Part shown: piece after piece, positions 25,906 through 37,920 of the stretch
Layout of the letters: every line of letters starts with the position of its first letter
Numbering within the stretch: position 1 is the stretch's first letter
Assembly: GCA_973895155.1 (NCBI GenBank)
Contig: OZ316898.1
Span: forward strand, 9,497,661-9,561,660
DNA length: 64,000 bases
From: Marsupella aquatica
Lineage: Eukaryota > Plantae > Marchantiophyta
Reading direction: 5' to 3'
Position numbers and translations under genes: made by a program
The notes under the pieces: generated by a model
Databases searched by the model: none
The model's input: only the letters and a program-made list of their open reading frames with translations
Told to the model about the DNA's origin: nothing

Positions 25906-28900
25906 GTTTAACTGGCAAGTTCTCATCCCACCTTGTGTACACACAAGCTTTGACAACTTGTTGTTTAGATTCAAGCGCCAGGGGGCTTTATACACTTCCC
26001 GGTTTGTTTAGAGGCCTATTCTAGGCCAAATCAGAGGCTGTTTGAGGGTTTTTGATACTTCTGAGTCCATCTAGACTCACAGATTGAACCAATTTTGCCT
26101 TGGTTCTCATCTACAACATTGGAGTGCCATTGTGAAGCCTATTATGAAGGCTCTTCCTTGAACCTTATGCACATTGTCATATTGATTTGCATTTGCTTTT
26201 GTGTGGAGAGTTGAGTGGTATCCATTCTTGTTTCTGGATCCTCTTCACACATGTTTCCTGTTTATGCGCCATGTTAGTTTCGTGTGGGCGCTTGATTCCA
26301 TAGGAGTGATCCGGGTTTGCAACTGGACATTCTAGTGTGCTGTGTATTTCTCTTTTGGTGATGTTGGAGTGATGCCCAACACACCATGGTGAGTGCTTGT
26401 GGTGCTGACAGGGATAGATTGCCCTTAGGGTTAGCACATAGATTAGGTTAGGGTTGGTCACCACGGATTCTTCTGGTGCTGCTGGATTACCCGATGGACG
26501 ACGGACCGGTTTCACTCGGAGTGGGGCACAGTTTCGGCCAGCGGCATTGGTAGCAGTCAGCAGTGCAGCTTCAGACAGTGATTCTGATGAGGACTCAGTG
26601 ACCAGTTCTCCTCATCATCAGGTGGTTGCACCTTTGTTGTGGGATATGGACGAGATGTACGGGGCTACAAAGGGCCCACGACGATACTCTGGTGCAGTTG
26701 GCACAATTGATCTGGATGACTTCATCCAGGAGTTTGATACGTGGTGCGATATGCAGACATTGCGTAATGTCACGTTGTTTACCCCTTTCATGGCATGGAA
26801 AGGATTATTCCAGCATTTGGAGGGGCCACCAATGAATGACTACCATGAGTTTCGGAAGGCTCATTTGGTTGAGATTGAGGCATGGAGGCAGCATTGGTCG
26901 CCTAATTACGTGTCCATCACCTATGGCACTAGTGCGGCTGCCCAACCAATTGCCATAGCTGTTGCTTTTTCTAGCAGCACTAGCCAGAGTGGCACACCAT
27001 CCACCAGCAGCACTCCAGCAGCATCCACCACTACTCCTGCCGGTGTGATTGTGACAGGAACTGGAGTTGCGCCAGCATTTAATCTTGTGGTGGAATTCTT
27101 TGAGGTACTGAAGCAGAACTATCAGGGTGTGAGAACTGATAAGTTGAAGGGTCTTCAGGAGTTCCAACGCAAGACTGGAGAGAGCCTACGTGAGGCATAC
27201 ACACGTATGCGTAGATTGATCACTGTCACCAAGGGAGTGACAGAGGCTCAGGCAGTCCAATTTTGGTATGCAATTCTGGACAGAGAATTGCGACGCAGAG
27301 TGAGAGATGTCACTCTGCTTAGGGATGCAGATCCCACATTAGCAGTTGTTTTCACCCTTTCTGAGCGCATTGAGCTCAATATGGTGAATGAGAAGGTGGT
27401 GACTTTCGGATTTGCCAAGGAAGCACCAAAGGCTGCATCTACATCCACACCACAGCCTACTGCACGGAAGAGCCAGAGGGAGAAGCCTACTGCACGAGAG
27501 TCTACCAGCCAGAGACCTGTGCCTTCTTATGCTGGACAGCAGTCAGGATGTTGGACCTGTGGTGGGGATCATGCACAGAGATATTGTCCAGATCATAGAG
27601 GATCAGAGGGAGCATCAGCGCCTGATCAGCGACAGTGTGATCACTGTGGAGCTCCTGGACACACCAAGGATAGGTGTTTCTCACTCCACCCTGAGTTACG
27701 GAGAGGAGGATCCCATACACATGATCAGGGAAGAGGAGGAGGAGGTAGAGGTGGTGGACGTGGTGGTGGCATGCCACATGCAAGGAGACAGGGAGGTGAC
27801 GCTGCCCCTGCTGTAACCATAGATCCAAAGGATGCTAAGATTGCTCAATTGGAGCAACAACTAGCTGCCATGGCTAGTTCCCAGGTGAGACCTAATTCTG
27901 GTGATGGGGCATCTACATCCTATGGACCTTCCACATCCCATGGTCCTTCCACATCTTATGGAGCTGATGGAGACCTTGCCACCATGGGATTCATGTGTGG
28001 CACTGCACATATTGATGCATCAGCAGCTTTGACACGTGGGGCAGCCAAAGCTCTTGAGCCCCGAGGAGCAGTAGTGGAGTTAGATCCACAAAGGGGGGAT
28101 GCACGTCGGCAGACAAAGCTTCCTCAGTCTTTTACATTGTCAGAGACAGTTCAGACTGCCTCTATGAACCCGGTTCGGACAAACCCTGATGTGGGTAAGT
28201 TGGCAGAATCAGGTAGTGATGCAGCAAGGATGATAGGTACCTTGTTGGGGGCGGCTACTGCCATAGTACGCACCCCATTATTTTCAGCGACAGACATGCT
28301 GAACTTGGGAGTTGGTCCTGCAGAAGTGTTCAGATTGGCAGCTACACTCTGTGAGGACACTCCAGTGGTTGCTTCCCATGCAGAAGCAACTTGTAGTGTT
28401 GATGCAGTGAAGACCATGCCACCTACTGCTACTAGTGAGACATGGCATGCAGCAGCAGCGAGGTTGGTGGATTTACCAGCACGCCCTGCATTTGAGAGGA
28501 CTAGGTTTAAACCTAGTGTTGTGTCATTGGATAATCGGAGTGGTATCTTCCGATTAGTTGGGCCTTCTGGAGCAGTATACCAGCCAGAGAGAGTGTTACT
28601 GGATACTGGTGCTCAGCCCTTGATGTTGGGGAAGTCTGCCATACGTGGATTGGGATTGCGTCCAGAGGATTTGGAGGATTGTCCCTTTCCCATTCAGACT
28701 TCATTGGGGGGACCTACACCTACACAGCATATCACCAGGAGACCACTTGATTTGAGGATTCAGGAAGGTCATACCACAGATAGCTCACAGATACAGGCGC
28801 GAGCTATTCTGACTAAGGCAGAGTCATATGATGTGTTGGTGGGATGTACAGTGCTCTACCCCATGGGATTTATTCTTGATTTTTGGGAGGAATCAGTGTC

Positions 28901-29309
28901 ATATAGACCTGATTGGCAGTCAGGAGATGCTCGATTGAGCAAATTGCCAGTGAGATTTAGTGGACCTGTGGGAGGCTCTAAATCCACACCATTGTCTTTG
29001 GCAGCATTTAGTGGTGTAATTGCTGGACCTGATGATTTGATTGAGGGTAATGCGCATGCAGCCGATGTTCCACCATTGGAGGAGTCTCATGAGGAGCACA
29101 TCATGCGAGGGTTACCTGTTGGCAGTGTTGTGCCACCAGTGTGGGGCACTGCACAAGCCTTGCCACAGGCAGCAGCACGATTGGTACATGATGCATAGCG
29201 TCATGCTTTTACACCACAGTCAGGAGTAGAGCAATCTCTTGCAGATGGACCTGTGACTCTTTCACCATTGGATACCACTCCTATTGCTTGGCAATATCCA
29301 CCGGAGGGT

Positions 29310-30240
29310 ATTTGTTTGTTGGATCTTTTTGGTGGGATTAGCACTGGATTGGCTGCTGTTCTTCAGGCAGGAATTCCTGTGCGTCGTTATTTATATGTGG
29401 AGATAGACGAGACAGCACAGAGGGTCTCATTGCGACATGTGGCTATGTTGGTGGATAGATATCCACAGTTGCTATCAGTGGATGCTGTTCGTGGTTATCA
29501 GCATGCACTACCTACTGATATTTCATTGCTGGGGGCGGATCATCTGCATCGTGTTGGCCCCATTGATTTGGTGATTGCTGGTTGGCCATGTCAGGGCCAA
29601 TCTAGAGCTGGCGTTGGGCATGGACTTCATGATCCACGCTCTGCATTGTTTTGGGAGATGTTACGGGTGCTGCGTCACCTCCAGCTACATCAGACACAGT
29701 CTCCAACATACATTTTGGAGAATGTGCCATTGTTAGGTGATGATCGTAGTCGGATTGTTGCCAGTGTTCACCAGGTGAGGTCTTGGATTGGACCTGCTGT
29801 GTTATTGGATGCTGCACGTGTGGGTTCTCGTGCACATCATCCACGCTTATGGTGGACTAATTTGATCCCATGTGAGGTGCTGAAGCGCGCATTTGACAGC
29901 ATTCCACGCTCACCAGCCTTAGTGGTGGATGATATTTTGGATCCAGGGCGTCGTGCACAGGGTGTGACCCAACTTGATAGACCTCCATTGGCAATGGTCA
30001 ATGCAGTTGGGTGCCCACGTTGTGCATTACCCACTCTTGTAAGCCACTCTGCTTCATATGCATTCAGAGCAGGTGGCCCTGGACTTGTATGGGACACAGC
30101 TCTCCAGCAGTTAGTGGAGCCTACTGCTGATGAGAGAGAGCGTGCTATGGGATTTTTGACTGGCACCACTGCAGTTGCCTCTGTGTCAGAGGGTTTGCGG
30201 CGCTAGGTTCTTGGTCAAGCAATGGATTTGAATTGTTTGA
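29310..30240 (+). other. C5-cytosine DNA methyltransferase domain within the polyprotein
   Basis: Motif I LDLFGGISTG, II YVEID, IV IAGWPCQG (catalytic PC), VI ILENV, VIII AHHPRLWWTN, IX ERERAMGF, X RR*VLGQAMD. Confidence 0.92.
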
Positions 30241-33200
30241 CTTGGATTATCAGCTTGGGAGTAGCTGAACAGTTGCGGATGCGCTCTGCCGGAATTACTG
30301 ATTGTCCCTTGGTGAGCTTGCGGTCCACTGAGACAATATTGACCACAGCTGGGGGCGAGCAAACAGTCCATGGACCTATGACAGGATTGGCAGCTGGACA
30401 GATTGTTGAGCAGGAAGAGACTGCTCAATCTACTGCTAAATAGCAATCATCGGCTATCTCTTCTACCCTACAAAGAGATATTAGAGATTTGGTGGAGAGT
30501 TGGGAACCACAGCTTGGCCCTAAGTTAACAGGGGAGGAGAGACGTCGCATGCATCGATTCCTGAAGAGTTATTGGAATTGTTTTGCATTCAGCATGAAGG
30601 ATTTGGGGACATTGAAGGGCCCTGGTATTCAGATTGAATTGGCTAGTGATGCGCCAATCTTTCGTAGACCATACCGTTATAGTGACATGGAGAGAGCTCT
30701 AATTCAAAGCAGAACTCAAGATTTGTTGGAGGCTGGATTGGTGGAGATTTCATATGGGGAGTATGCATCTGCCACAGTGATGCCAGCCAAGAAGGATGTG
30801 CATGGCAATTACACAGATAGGCGCATGTGTGGTGATTACAAACCTATTAATTGCCAGACAAAATCTGATCGATATGCCATGCCCACACCTGAGGAGATCT
30901 TTGATGCTGTGGGGCATGCAAAGGTTTTCAGTTCATTGGATCTGAGGGCAGGATACCATCAGCTTCCAATTAGGCATGCTGACAGGTCCAAGACAGTATT
31001 CTGGGGGATTGATTCTTATGGCAAAGATCGTTTGTATCAATGGTTATTCTTACCATTTGGGTTGAAGAATACACCAGCTGAGTTCCAGAGAGTCATGGAT
31101 CGAATCCTTGCAGGTTTGGATTTTGTCAGATGTTATATTGATGATATTTTGGTCTATTCTTCTACTGTGGAAGAACATCAGCAGCACTTGCAGACTGTGT
31201 TGGAGAGATTGAGAGCACATGGGTTGAAGCTCCATCCTAGCAAGTGTAAGTTCTTCCAAGACCAGATTGAGTATTTGGGCCACACCATATACCCAGGGGG
31301 ATTGGGTGTACAGCATACTAAAGTGGAGGCCATTACACAGATTCCTTGTCCTACTGATGTGAGTAGAGTTCGTGCATTCTTGGGATTGGCGAGCTACTAC
31401 AGGAGGTATGTTAAAGGATTTAGCCAGCTTGCTAAACCTTTGACCATACTCACTAAGTTGGATCAGGAATGGATTTGGGGTGATGACCAGGAGCATGCCT
31501 TTCAGGAGTTGAAGCAAAGGTTGGCATCATCCCCTATTTTGAGAAGACCCATTTCAGGCAGACCATTTCAACTACACACTGATTGGAGTGGAGTAGGACT
31601 TGGAGCAGTGCTGACTCAGAAGGATGATGAGGGGAATGAGTTTGTTGTGGCTTATGGCAGTAGATCAAACAATTCAGCAGAGGCTAAGTATAGCTCTTAT
31701 GAGGGAGAGTGTTTGGCAGCAGTGTGGGCTGTTGCACACTTTAGTTGCTACTTGTTTGGTAACCCCTTCACCTTGATCACTGATCATCAGCTTCTTAAGT
31801 GGTTAATGGAGTCTGACAAGCTTACAGGGAAGCTTGCACGATGGGCATTGTTGTTACAGGAGTATGATTTCCAGGTGGTGCATAGGCCTGGAAAAGTGAA
31901 CTTGGATGCAGATGGATTAAGCCGCAATCCATGTACCAGTCAGCAGGATGAGACTGGAGCCAGATGGCATGATGAGTCAGATAGGGAGATGGTGCCAGGA
32001 TGGCATGCATCTGCCTTTCTTTGTTGGGTGCCAGCATACAGTGGATCTGTGGACTCTACCTCATTGGATGGAGTGGATGATGAGTCTTCAGATGTGGATG
32101 TTGGTGAAGTAACTTCTGGACAGCAAGGTATTCACAATGATGTGAGAGTGTTGGAATATCTGCGCAATAGTTCTATTGTTGGCAGTGTTGATGCCAAGGA
32201 ACGTGACAGGGTTCTACAGAGAGCCAAGAGGTTTCGATGGGAGGGAAACCATCTTTTGAGAGTACTGCATGATGGTAGGATGTTGGTGGTACCAAAACCA
32301 TCGCGACATGCGCACGAGGAGTTGGGTCACTTTGGTGTGAAGCGCACTTACAGCTTGCTGCAGACGCAGTATTGGTGGCGTGGTATGCACACTCATGTCC
32401 AGCAGTTGATAGCTAAGTGTGTGGTATGTGACAGAGTGAGAGCATCATTTAATGCTCCCACTCCCCAGTTGCACCCATTACCGATCATGGGTTTGGGATA
32501 TCGTTGGAGTTTGGATTTTGCTGGTCCATTACCTCTTACCCAACATCATAATCGGTATGTTTTGGTCATGGTGGAGCACTTCTCCAAGTGGATTGAGCTA
32601 GTGGCGTTGCCAGATAAAGCCAGTGGAGGAGTTGCTGCTACATTTTTGGATCGTGTACTCAATCATTTTGGAGCACCAGCTGAGGTGTTGACTGATCAGG
32701 GAACTGAGTTCCGTGGAGAGTTTGAGAGTTTGTGTGAACAAGCTCTGATTGATCATCGCACTACCTCTCGTGATCATCCTAAGGCAGATGGATTAGCTGA
32801 GAGAGTTGTGCAAACTGTGAAGAGAGGATTGTGTAAGTATGACTTGCAGGTTGGTCATCTGGGAGATTGGGATCTCCAGCTACCTTGGTTAGCTATGGGC
32901 TACCGTTTCAGTCGGCAAGCATCACTTGCATCCTTCTCACCCTACTTTTTGCTCTATGGTAGAGAGCCAGATTTGCCAGCAGCTATTCGTCGTCATGCTG
33001 CACCAGTTGTGAACTTGGATGATCCTAATGTTTGGGTCAAGGTGTGTTCAGAGAGAGCACGGGTATTTCAGAGAGTGATGCCCATGGCTTTTGACAACCT
33101 TGCCATTGCCCAACATCGTGATACTTTGAGGTATGCCACTATTCGTGGAGGAGGTTACCGTGCAAGCATTCGACGATTTCATCCTGGTGATTATGTTTAT

Positions 33201-33410
33201 TTGCAGCAGACAGCACCCACGATACTTGATGTGACCGCAGGCCGGACAATCTTACGTGTGCGTGAAGTGTTGCCTTCTGGTGTCCTGATGTTGGAGGGAC
33301 GCGATGGTATGGTTTGGAAGGATCATGTGCGCAACTGTGCACCATGTCACCTTCCCAACATTGATGGTACAGTAGATCCAAGCTTGGCACATGTTCGTGC
33401 TGGCTTGAAA

Positions 33411-33548
33411 TGTATGTTGTGTGGATCTGCTCAGGGAGCAGCTACTATGTTGATTTGTGATAAGTGTTCTAGAGGATGGCACATGTCATGTTTGACACCA
33501 CCATTGCAGGTGATTCCTAGTGGATCATGGTTGTGTCCTCAGTGTCGG
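33411..33548 (+). other. PHD finger (C4HC3) at the integrase C-terminus
   Basis: CMLC...MLICDKCSRGWHMSCLTPPL..IPSGSWLCPQC. Confidence 0.92.
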
Positions 33549-35023
33549 TGAAGCCGACTAGTTATCATTTGTGTTCTCTTGGCAGATATGGATTGCAGGT
33601 AGGTGATCGATGGGGCTCACTTGCACCCGACCTCCTGATCTTCACACCTAAAAAGGTGTATATCAACCTTGTAGAACTCATGGCTAGCTAGAGTTAGGGG
33701 ACCTTACTCCCAGCTAGGGGGGCGATTGTGGGTTTTGGACATGTGTGGACATGAGTTCCACTTGTATTTCATTCTCTTGTATTTGTGATGTGGCAGTGTG
33801 ACTATGTCTGGATGTATGTGACAAGCGATGTATGTTGTGTAGCGATATGTATGCGCACGACAAATGCCTTGCAAGTTTTGGGGATTTAAGACAAGCTGGG
33901 ACTATGAAAATGTATGATTATGCACAGGTTGAGGTGAATCGAGCTACAATTGATATGGAAGAGTTCATACGTACAGCTGGATTACCAGACGACAATGACA
34001 ATGCTGTGATTGAACTTGCCAATGAAAACTCTGTTCAAGCTTTGAATAGAGGGGTCACAATGCATGTGGAGCTGGCCAAGACATTGTTTCACCGACACTT
34101 GCGTGAACAGGTTGAATTACCCGAAGGTGTCTTTGATGATGACACAGACTCTCCGAGCGATGCTGAAGAATGATTCTAGTAATTTTTAAAATTCTGTTAG
34201 GTCAATTCCCTACGTCCATTGAAGCCATTGTTGTTAGGTCTAGCATTCTGTGAACTGGAAATTTTCGTCCACATAAATGCTGACTTTTTCTATTACTCAA
34301 TCTGTGCAATCGTCTTCTTTCAGAAATTGTGCAAGGAACTCAAATCTCAGTCGAAATGCACAGCATGAATCACTGAAAGCTGAAATTGAAAAGGTCCTGA
34401 AAGTCTCCCATTCTCAAAGTCAAAATTGAGAAGACAAAATGCAGTCCTGATGAGCTCCAATTCTTAAAGTTGAAATTGACAAAAGCAATCTATTCTCAAA
34501 GTCGAAGTTGGAATTGAAATCAATTTCTGGGCTATGGATTGATTTTGCCTATGCTTTGCTATTGCAATTTAAGTAGACAATTTTGCTTGAATGAATTTTG
34601 CTGATAGTTATACATGTGGAAAGCAAAACGCAGTTCTGAAAATCACCAGTTCAGCAAGTCGAAATTGACAGGGAAAAATCCATTCAAACATGAAATTGAA
34701 GTTCATATACAGTTCAGAACAGACATGAGTAAATTCTCACCCGTTCTGTACACATTGTGCAATTCTAGAACAAAAAAGAATGATTAAACTACCAAAAAGT
34801 GAGAGCTTCCAGGAGTCGACCTTTTTTATATTGAATGCCCAATTTCAAGGAACTCACTTGTCCGTAGAATGAAACCTATTAAGCAATTCGGGAGGATAGT
34901 ACAACTCAGTGGGCCGTTTATAGTATTTAAAATATTCTAGGGGGACACCATCATAGCTCACTTCTATAACAGAAGGTTGAGGGACAAAGCATCGCCTAGG
35001 CGCCCACTCATCTGCAACCACAT

Positions 35024-36413
35024 TTACAGTTTGTCAATGCGCCTTGAAATTTCGGATTTGAGCTCTTTCAGAACACCAGTGGTCTCACGAATGTCTTGTG
35101 CCATGCTAGAGGTGTTGCTCACCATCTCACTCATGTACATACTATACGTATCTGAATTGCTTTTTTTGGATGATTTTGTGGACTGATGGGTAGTGTTAGC
35201 AGGATTACTACCTTGATCTGAACCAGATCCAACCCCACCTTCGGCAGACCCTTGCGCTTCCCTTGGCTCATTCAAGTCAAGGGGACATGGATTGGGAGTC
35301 CCACTAGCATCTCCGTGACACAATTTTTGTACATTGGCCCGGTTGTTGAAGCCTTGATCAATTTCGTCAAAAAATTTATAGGTGATCTTTCGTCCCTCTC
35401 CAGATATGCTGAGGATACGTTTGTCAGTGCAATACCGTCTATAAATGGTTTTCCATTTCTTCCTGATTGCCTCAGCTGACTTGTTGAATCCTTCACAAGC
35501 AGCAATCATTTTCTCTTGTAGTTTCTCCCACATGTGCACACCTGTGTAATCGAGAGAAATCAAGTTATAAAAAATAACAAGTGTGAATACTTGAGAATAC
35601 TTGAGAATGCACGCTCACGGACAAGTTATAAAAAAATACAAGTGAGAATAATTGAGAATGCACGTTCACGGACCTATACATGTGATTTTGACAAGAAAAT
35701 AGAAATTTGAGGATCTGAACCTCACCTTGTTTCTTGGCATTCGTTGAGAACTCCTCATCCATTTCTGAGCGAAATGATATTAGGTGGCTGACTTCTGCAT
35801 CTGTCCATCTACTCACTGAGTTTCCATCTTCCCCATCGCCTTCTTCATCACTCAACTCGACAACCTTCTGAGCCTTCTTCGGTTTCTTTGTTGGGGTGGC
35901 CTTGGCAGCCCTCTTTTTCTTTGTGCCCTCACCAGGTATTTTGCCTCCAGTTTCTGTCCTAACAAGCAGCTTCGTGACTTGAGGAGGCTCCTCACTACTG
36001 GTAGATGCAAATGGACCTGGTGCAGGGCAAGAAAAGAACTGATTACGATGGTCTGGAACAAAAGCTTGTCCTGCAGTTCCATGAAATGAACGAAAGCTAC
36101 TTGGTGGGGGTTCATTGAGGCAGCGTTGGAATTCCTCATCGGACATGACCAACGGAGGTTGGGACGAAAGTGCATTGAATGAATCTCCCCCCTGATAGCT
36201 AGAAATTGGTTGTGAATCTTGAACAAAATTGGAGTCGACTTCCATTCGTTGCCTCTGTAGCCTTTCCTGCCATTGCTGAAAAAATGATTGGTTCATCGTG
36301 ACTGATCCCGTGACTGATTGTATAAACTCTATGTAAGGAGAGTGAGATGTGCAATGTGCGCTACTGCTGCACTCTGATGTTGCCGAAGAACATATAGATC
36401 TTGTTCTGGACAT
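35024..36413 (-). CDS. Harbinger Myb/SANT-like (trihelix) DNA-binding protein (exons 36413-35726 and 35541-35024)
   Basis: RWTDAEVSHLI...KQG|VHMWEKL...IRKKWKTI...YKFFDEID. A GT-AG intron (35725-35542) joins the two ORFs in frame. The start codon is uncertain. Confidence 0.85.
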
Positions 36414-37589
36414 TGGATCGATGTTTTTTGAAATGTTGAATCAAACATTTGAAGTTGGCTCGCAAATTGGGCGCCCTCCTGAATCGCCTGGATAGTCGCT
36501 TCTGTGGGGTCAGAGTTAATGCAAAGTCTGAATATAGCAATGGACCAAACGGATGAAAGAAAAAACCACCCGAGGAGGTGGTCTAAAACTTTGCCCGAAT
36601 GGCCGTGACACGTCTGCAAAAACTGGGCCCTACACGGGCCCCACTAATGTCCATGTAGATCGGGATCCTCTGACGGGAAACGTCCCCCCGCGGTCTTGTA
36701 AAGTCAAGTGTGGCCAGTTCTCACGAATGCACGGCTAGGATCACATCTGGGAGACTGGAAAAAAATTGGAACGGCCCCCGCGGTCTTGTAAAGCCCCCCT
36801 AAGGAAGGAAGAAACCAAAGAGTGGACAGGCCAATATGTGGAAAACAGAGGACAAAAAAATTAAAGAGAGTTGGGAATCCTTGGCTGAACTGAAATGAGA
36901 ATCACTTTATTGCTGCTATAAATTAAAGAGAGTTGGGAATCCTTGAGCTGAACTGAAATGAGAACTTACACAAAGCTAGTAAGAACATGTCCAGTGGAAC
37001 ATAACTAAGTTAGATATTGTTTAGTAAATCTGGAGAGAACTGAAATGAATTTTTTGGAGATTCAACATAAGGAAAGTATCAAGAAGGGAGACACAAACCT
37101 TTGAAGAAGGTCAATGCTGAAATCTACGTATGGGAGTGTTGTTGTTTGAAAGAACAGATCAAAGAAAAATAGAAATTGGAACTAAGCTACTAAACACCCT
37201 AAAAAATAGCTACTAAACATTCTAAAAAATAAGAAAAAATAAACATTGGAAAGTTTTTGACCAATGGACATATAAACAACAGTGCAAAAATCTGAATGTC
37301 CTGGTTTACCCTCGTGAATATAACCTTGTCATTCATATAATGAAGAAATGTTCCATAATTTTTTTAAAGAAAATTATATTATTATAGGATGCTTTAGCTT
37401 ACATAAATAGCTTAAACTATGGACTTCAAATGATTAAAGGGGTTAGAAAAATTGCTAAATTCAAACCAATACAAAGTGAAAGCTTGGATTAGATCAGATG
37501 ATTGTACTAAAAAATACATGGCCAGCTCTTCTAATAAGCAGAAGATGTCCCGCCATATAGCAGTCTCATATACTTTTGTGGATATGGTT

Positions 37590-37920
37590 GGCCAACCCTC
37601 ATCACACCCTTGGAGACCCCAAAATGAATTGGAACTGGAGAGATATGTTTAGTAGATCCCTTTCTGGAAAAAGTTTGCTTAATCAACCCCCTTGATATTT
37701 TTCCCCAATCTGGATCGTTGATGGACCTTTTGATCTCAGATCTGGATTGTTGATAGACCTCAGGGGGTAGATCAAGTAACAAGTTTCATTTTGGGGGTTG
37801 ACCAAGCAAATACCTCATTGGAACTGCCAGCCCTCATCACACCTTGGAGACCCAAAAACAATTGGAACAGCCAGCCCTCATCACACCATGGAAACCCAAA
37901 AACAAAATTGGAACATACTG
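37590..37920. repeat. Short imperfect direct repeats (CCCTCATCACACC..GGAGACCC..AA..AATTGGAAC)
   Basis: Three recognisable copies at ~37593, ~37828 and ~37871. Confidence 0.7.

Larger units (their letters stand above)
26454..33551 (+). pseudogene. Gag-PR-DNMT-RT-RH-INT-PHD polyprotein; one reading frame broken by three TAG codons
   Basis: ORFs 26454, 29253, 30222 and 30489 are all in the same frame, separated only by TAG at 29196, 30204 and 30441. Two zinc knuckles (CWTCGGDHAQRYC, CDHCGAPGHTKDRC), protease LLDTGA, RT YIDDILVYS, RNase H TDWS/TDH/ADGLSR, integrase HHCC + DFAGP/TDQGTEF/AER. First ATG at 26646. Confidence 0.92.
24758..33862 (+). mobile_element. Ty3/Gypsy-type retroelement encoding a C5 DNA methyltransferase and a PHD finger; no LTRs detected
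   Basis: Ends TGTC...GACA. 4-bp TSD AATG at 24754-24757 and 33863-33866. Boundaries are fixed independently by restoration of the host transposase frame. PPT-like AGGGGGGCGA at 33716-33725. Confidence 0.9.
23688..34173 (+). pseudogene. Harbinger (HARBI1/DDE_Tnp_4-type) transposase, split by the insertion at 24758-33862
   Basis: GAIDGSHIPI, FYNRKG, GSLHD, IGDAAY, VERAFGILKGRW and CLHN. Removing the insert and one AATG copy restores KEQ-CLASFGDL in frame to the stop at 34173. A probable upstream exon within 23125-23673 is not resolved. Confidence 0.9.
22961..36799 (+). mobile_element. PIF/Harbinger DNA transposon (two-gene), carrying a nested retroelement
   Basis: Perfect 31-bp TIR GGGGGGCTTTACAAGACCGCGGGGGCCGTTC. 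TAA TSD at 22958-22960 and 36800-36802. Convergent DDE transposase and Myb/SANT genes. Confidence 0.95.

Noticed and set aside
25981-25990. GGGGGCTTTA resembling the Harbinger TIR start
   Set aside because: Only 10 bp match and there is no partner or TSD; probably chance.
29253-30206. Bacterial restriction-modification methyltransferase or contamination
   Set aside because: It is in frame within a retroelement polyprotein, has no endonuclease partner and is flanked by intron-containing plant genes.
33727-33862. Conventional 3' LTR
   Set aside because: It has TG...CA ends after a PPT, but I found no matching 5' copy, so it is not called an LTR.
33832-34173. Independent 113-aa gene
   Set aside because: It is the displaced C-terminus of the Harbinger transposase, with a chance ATG in the retroelement end.
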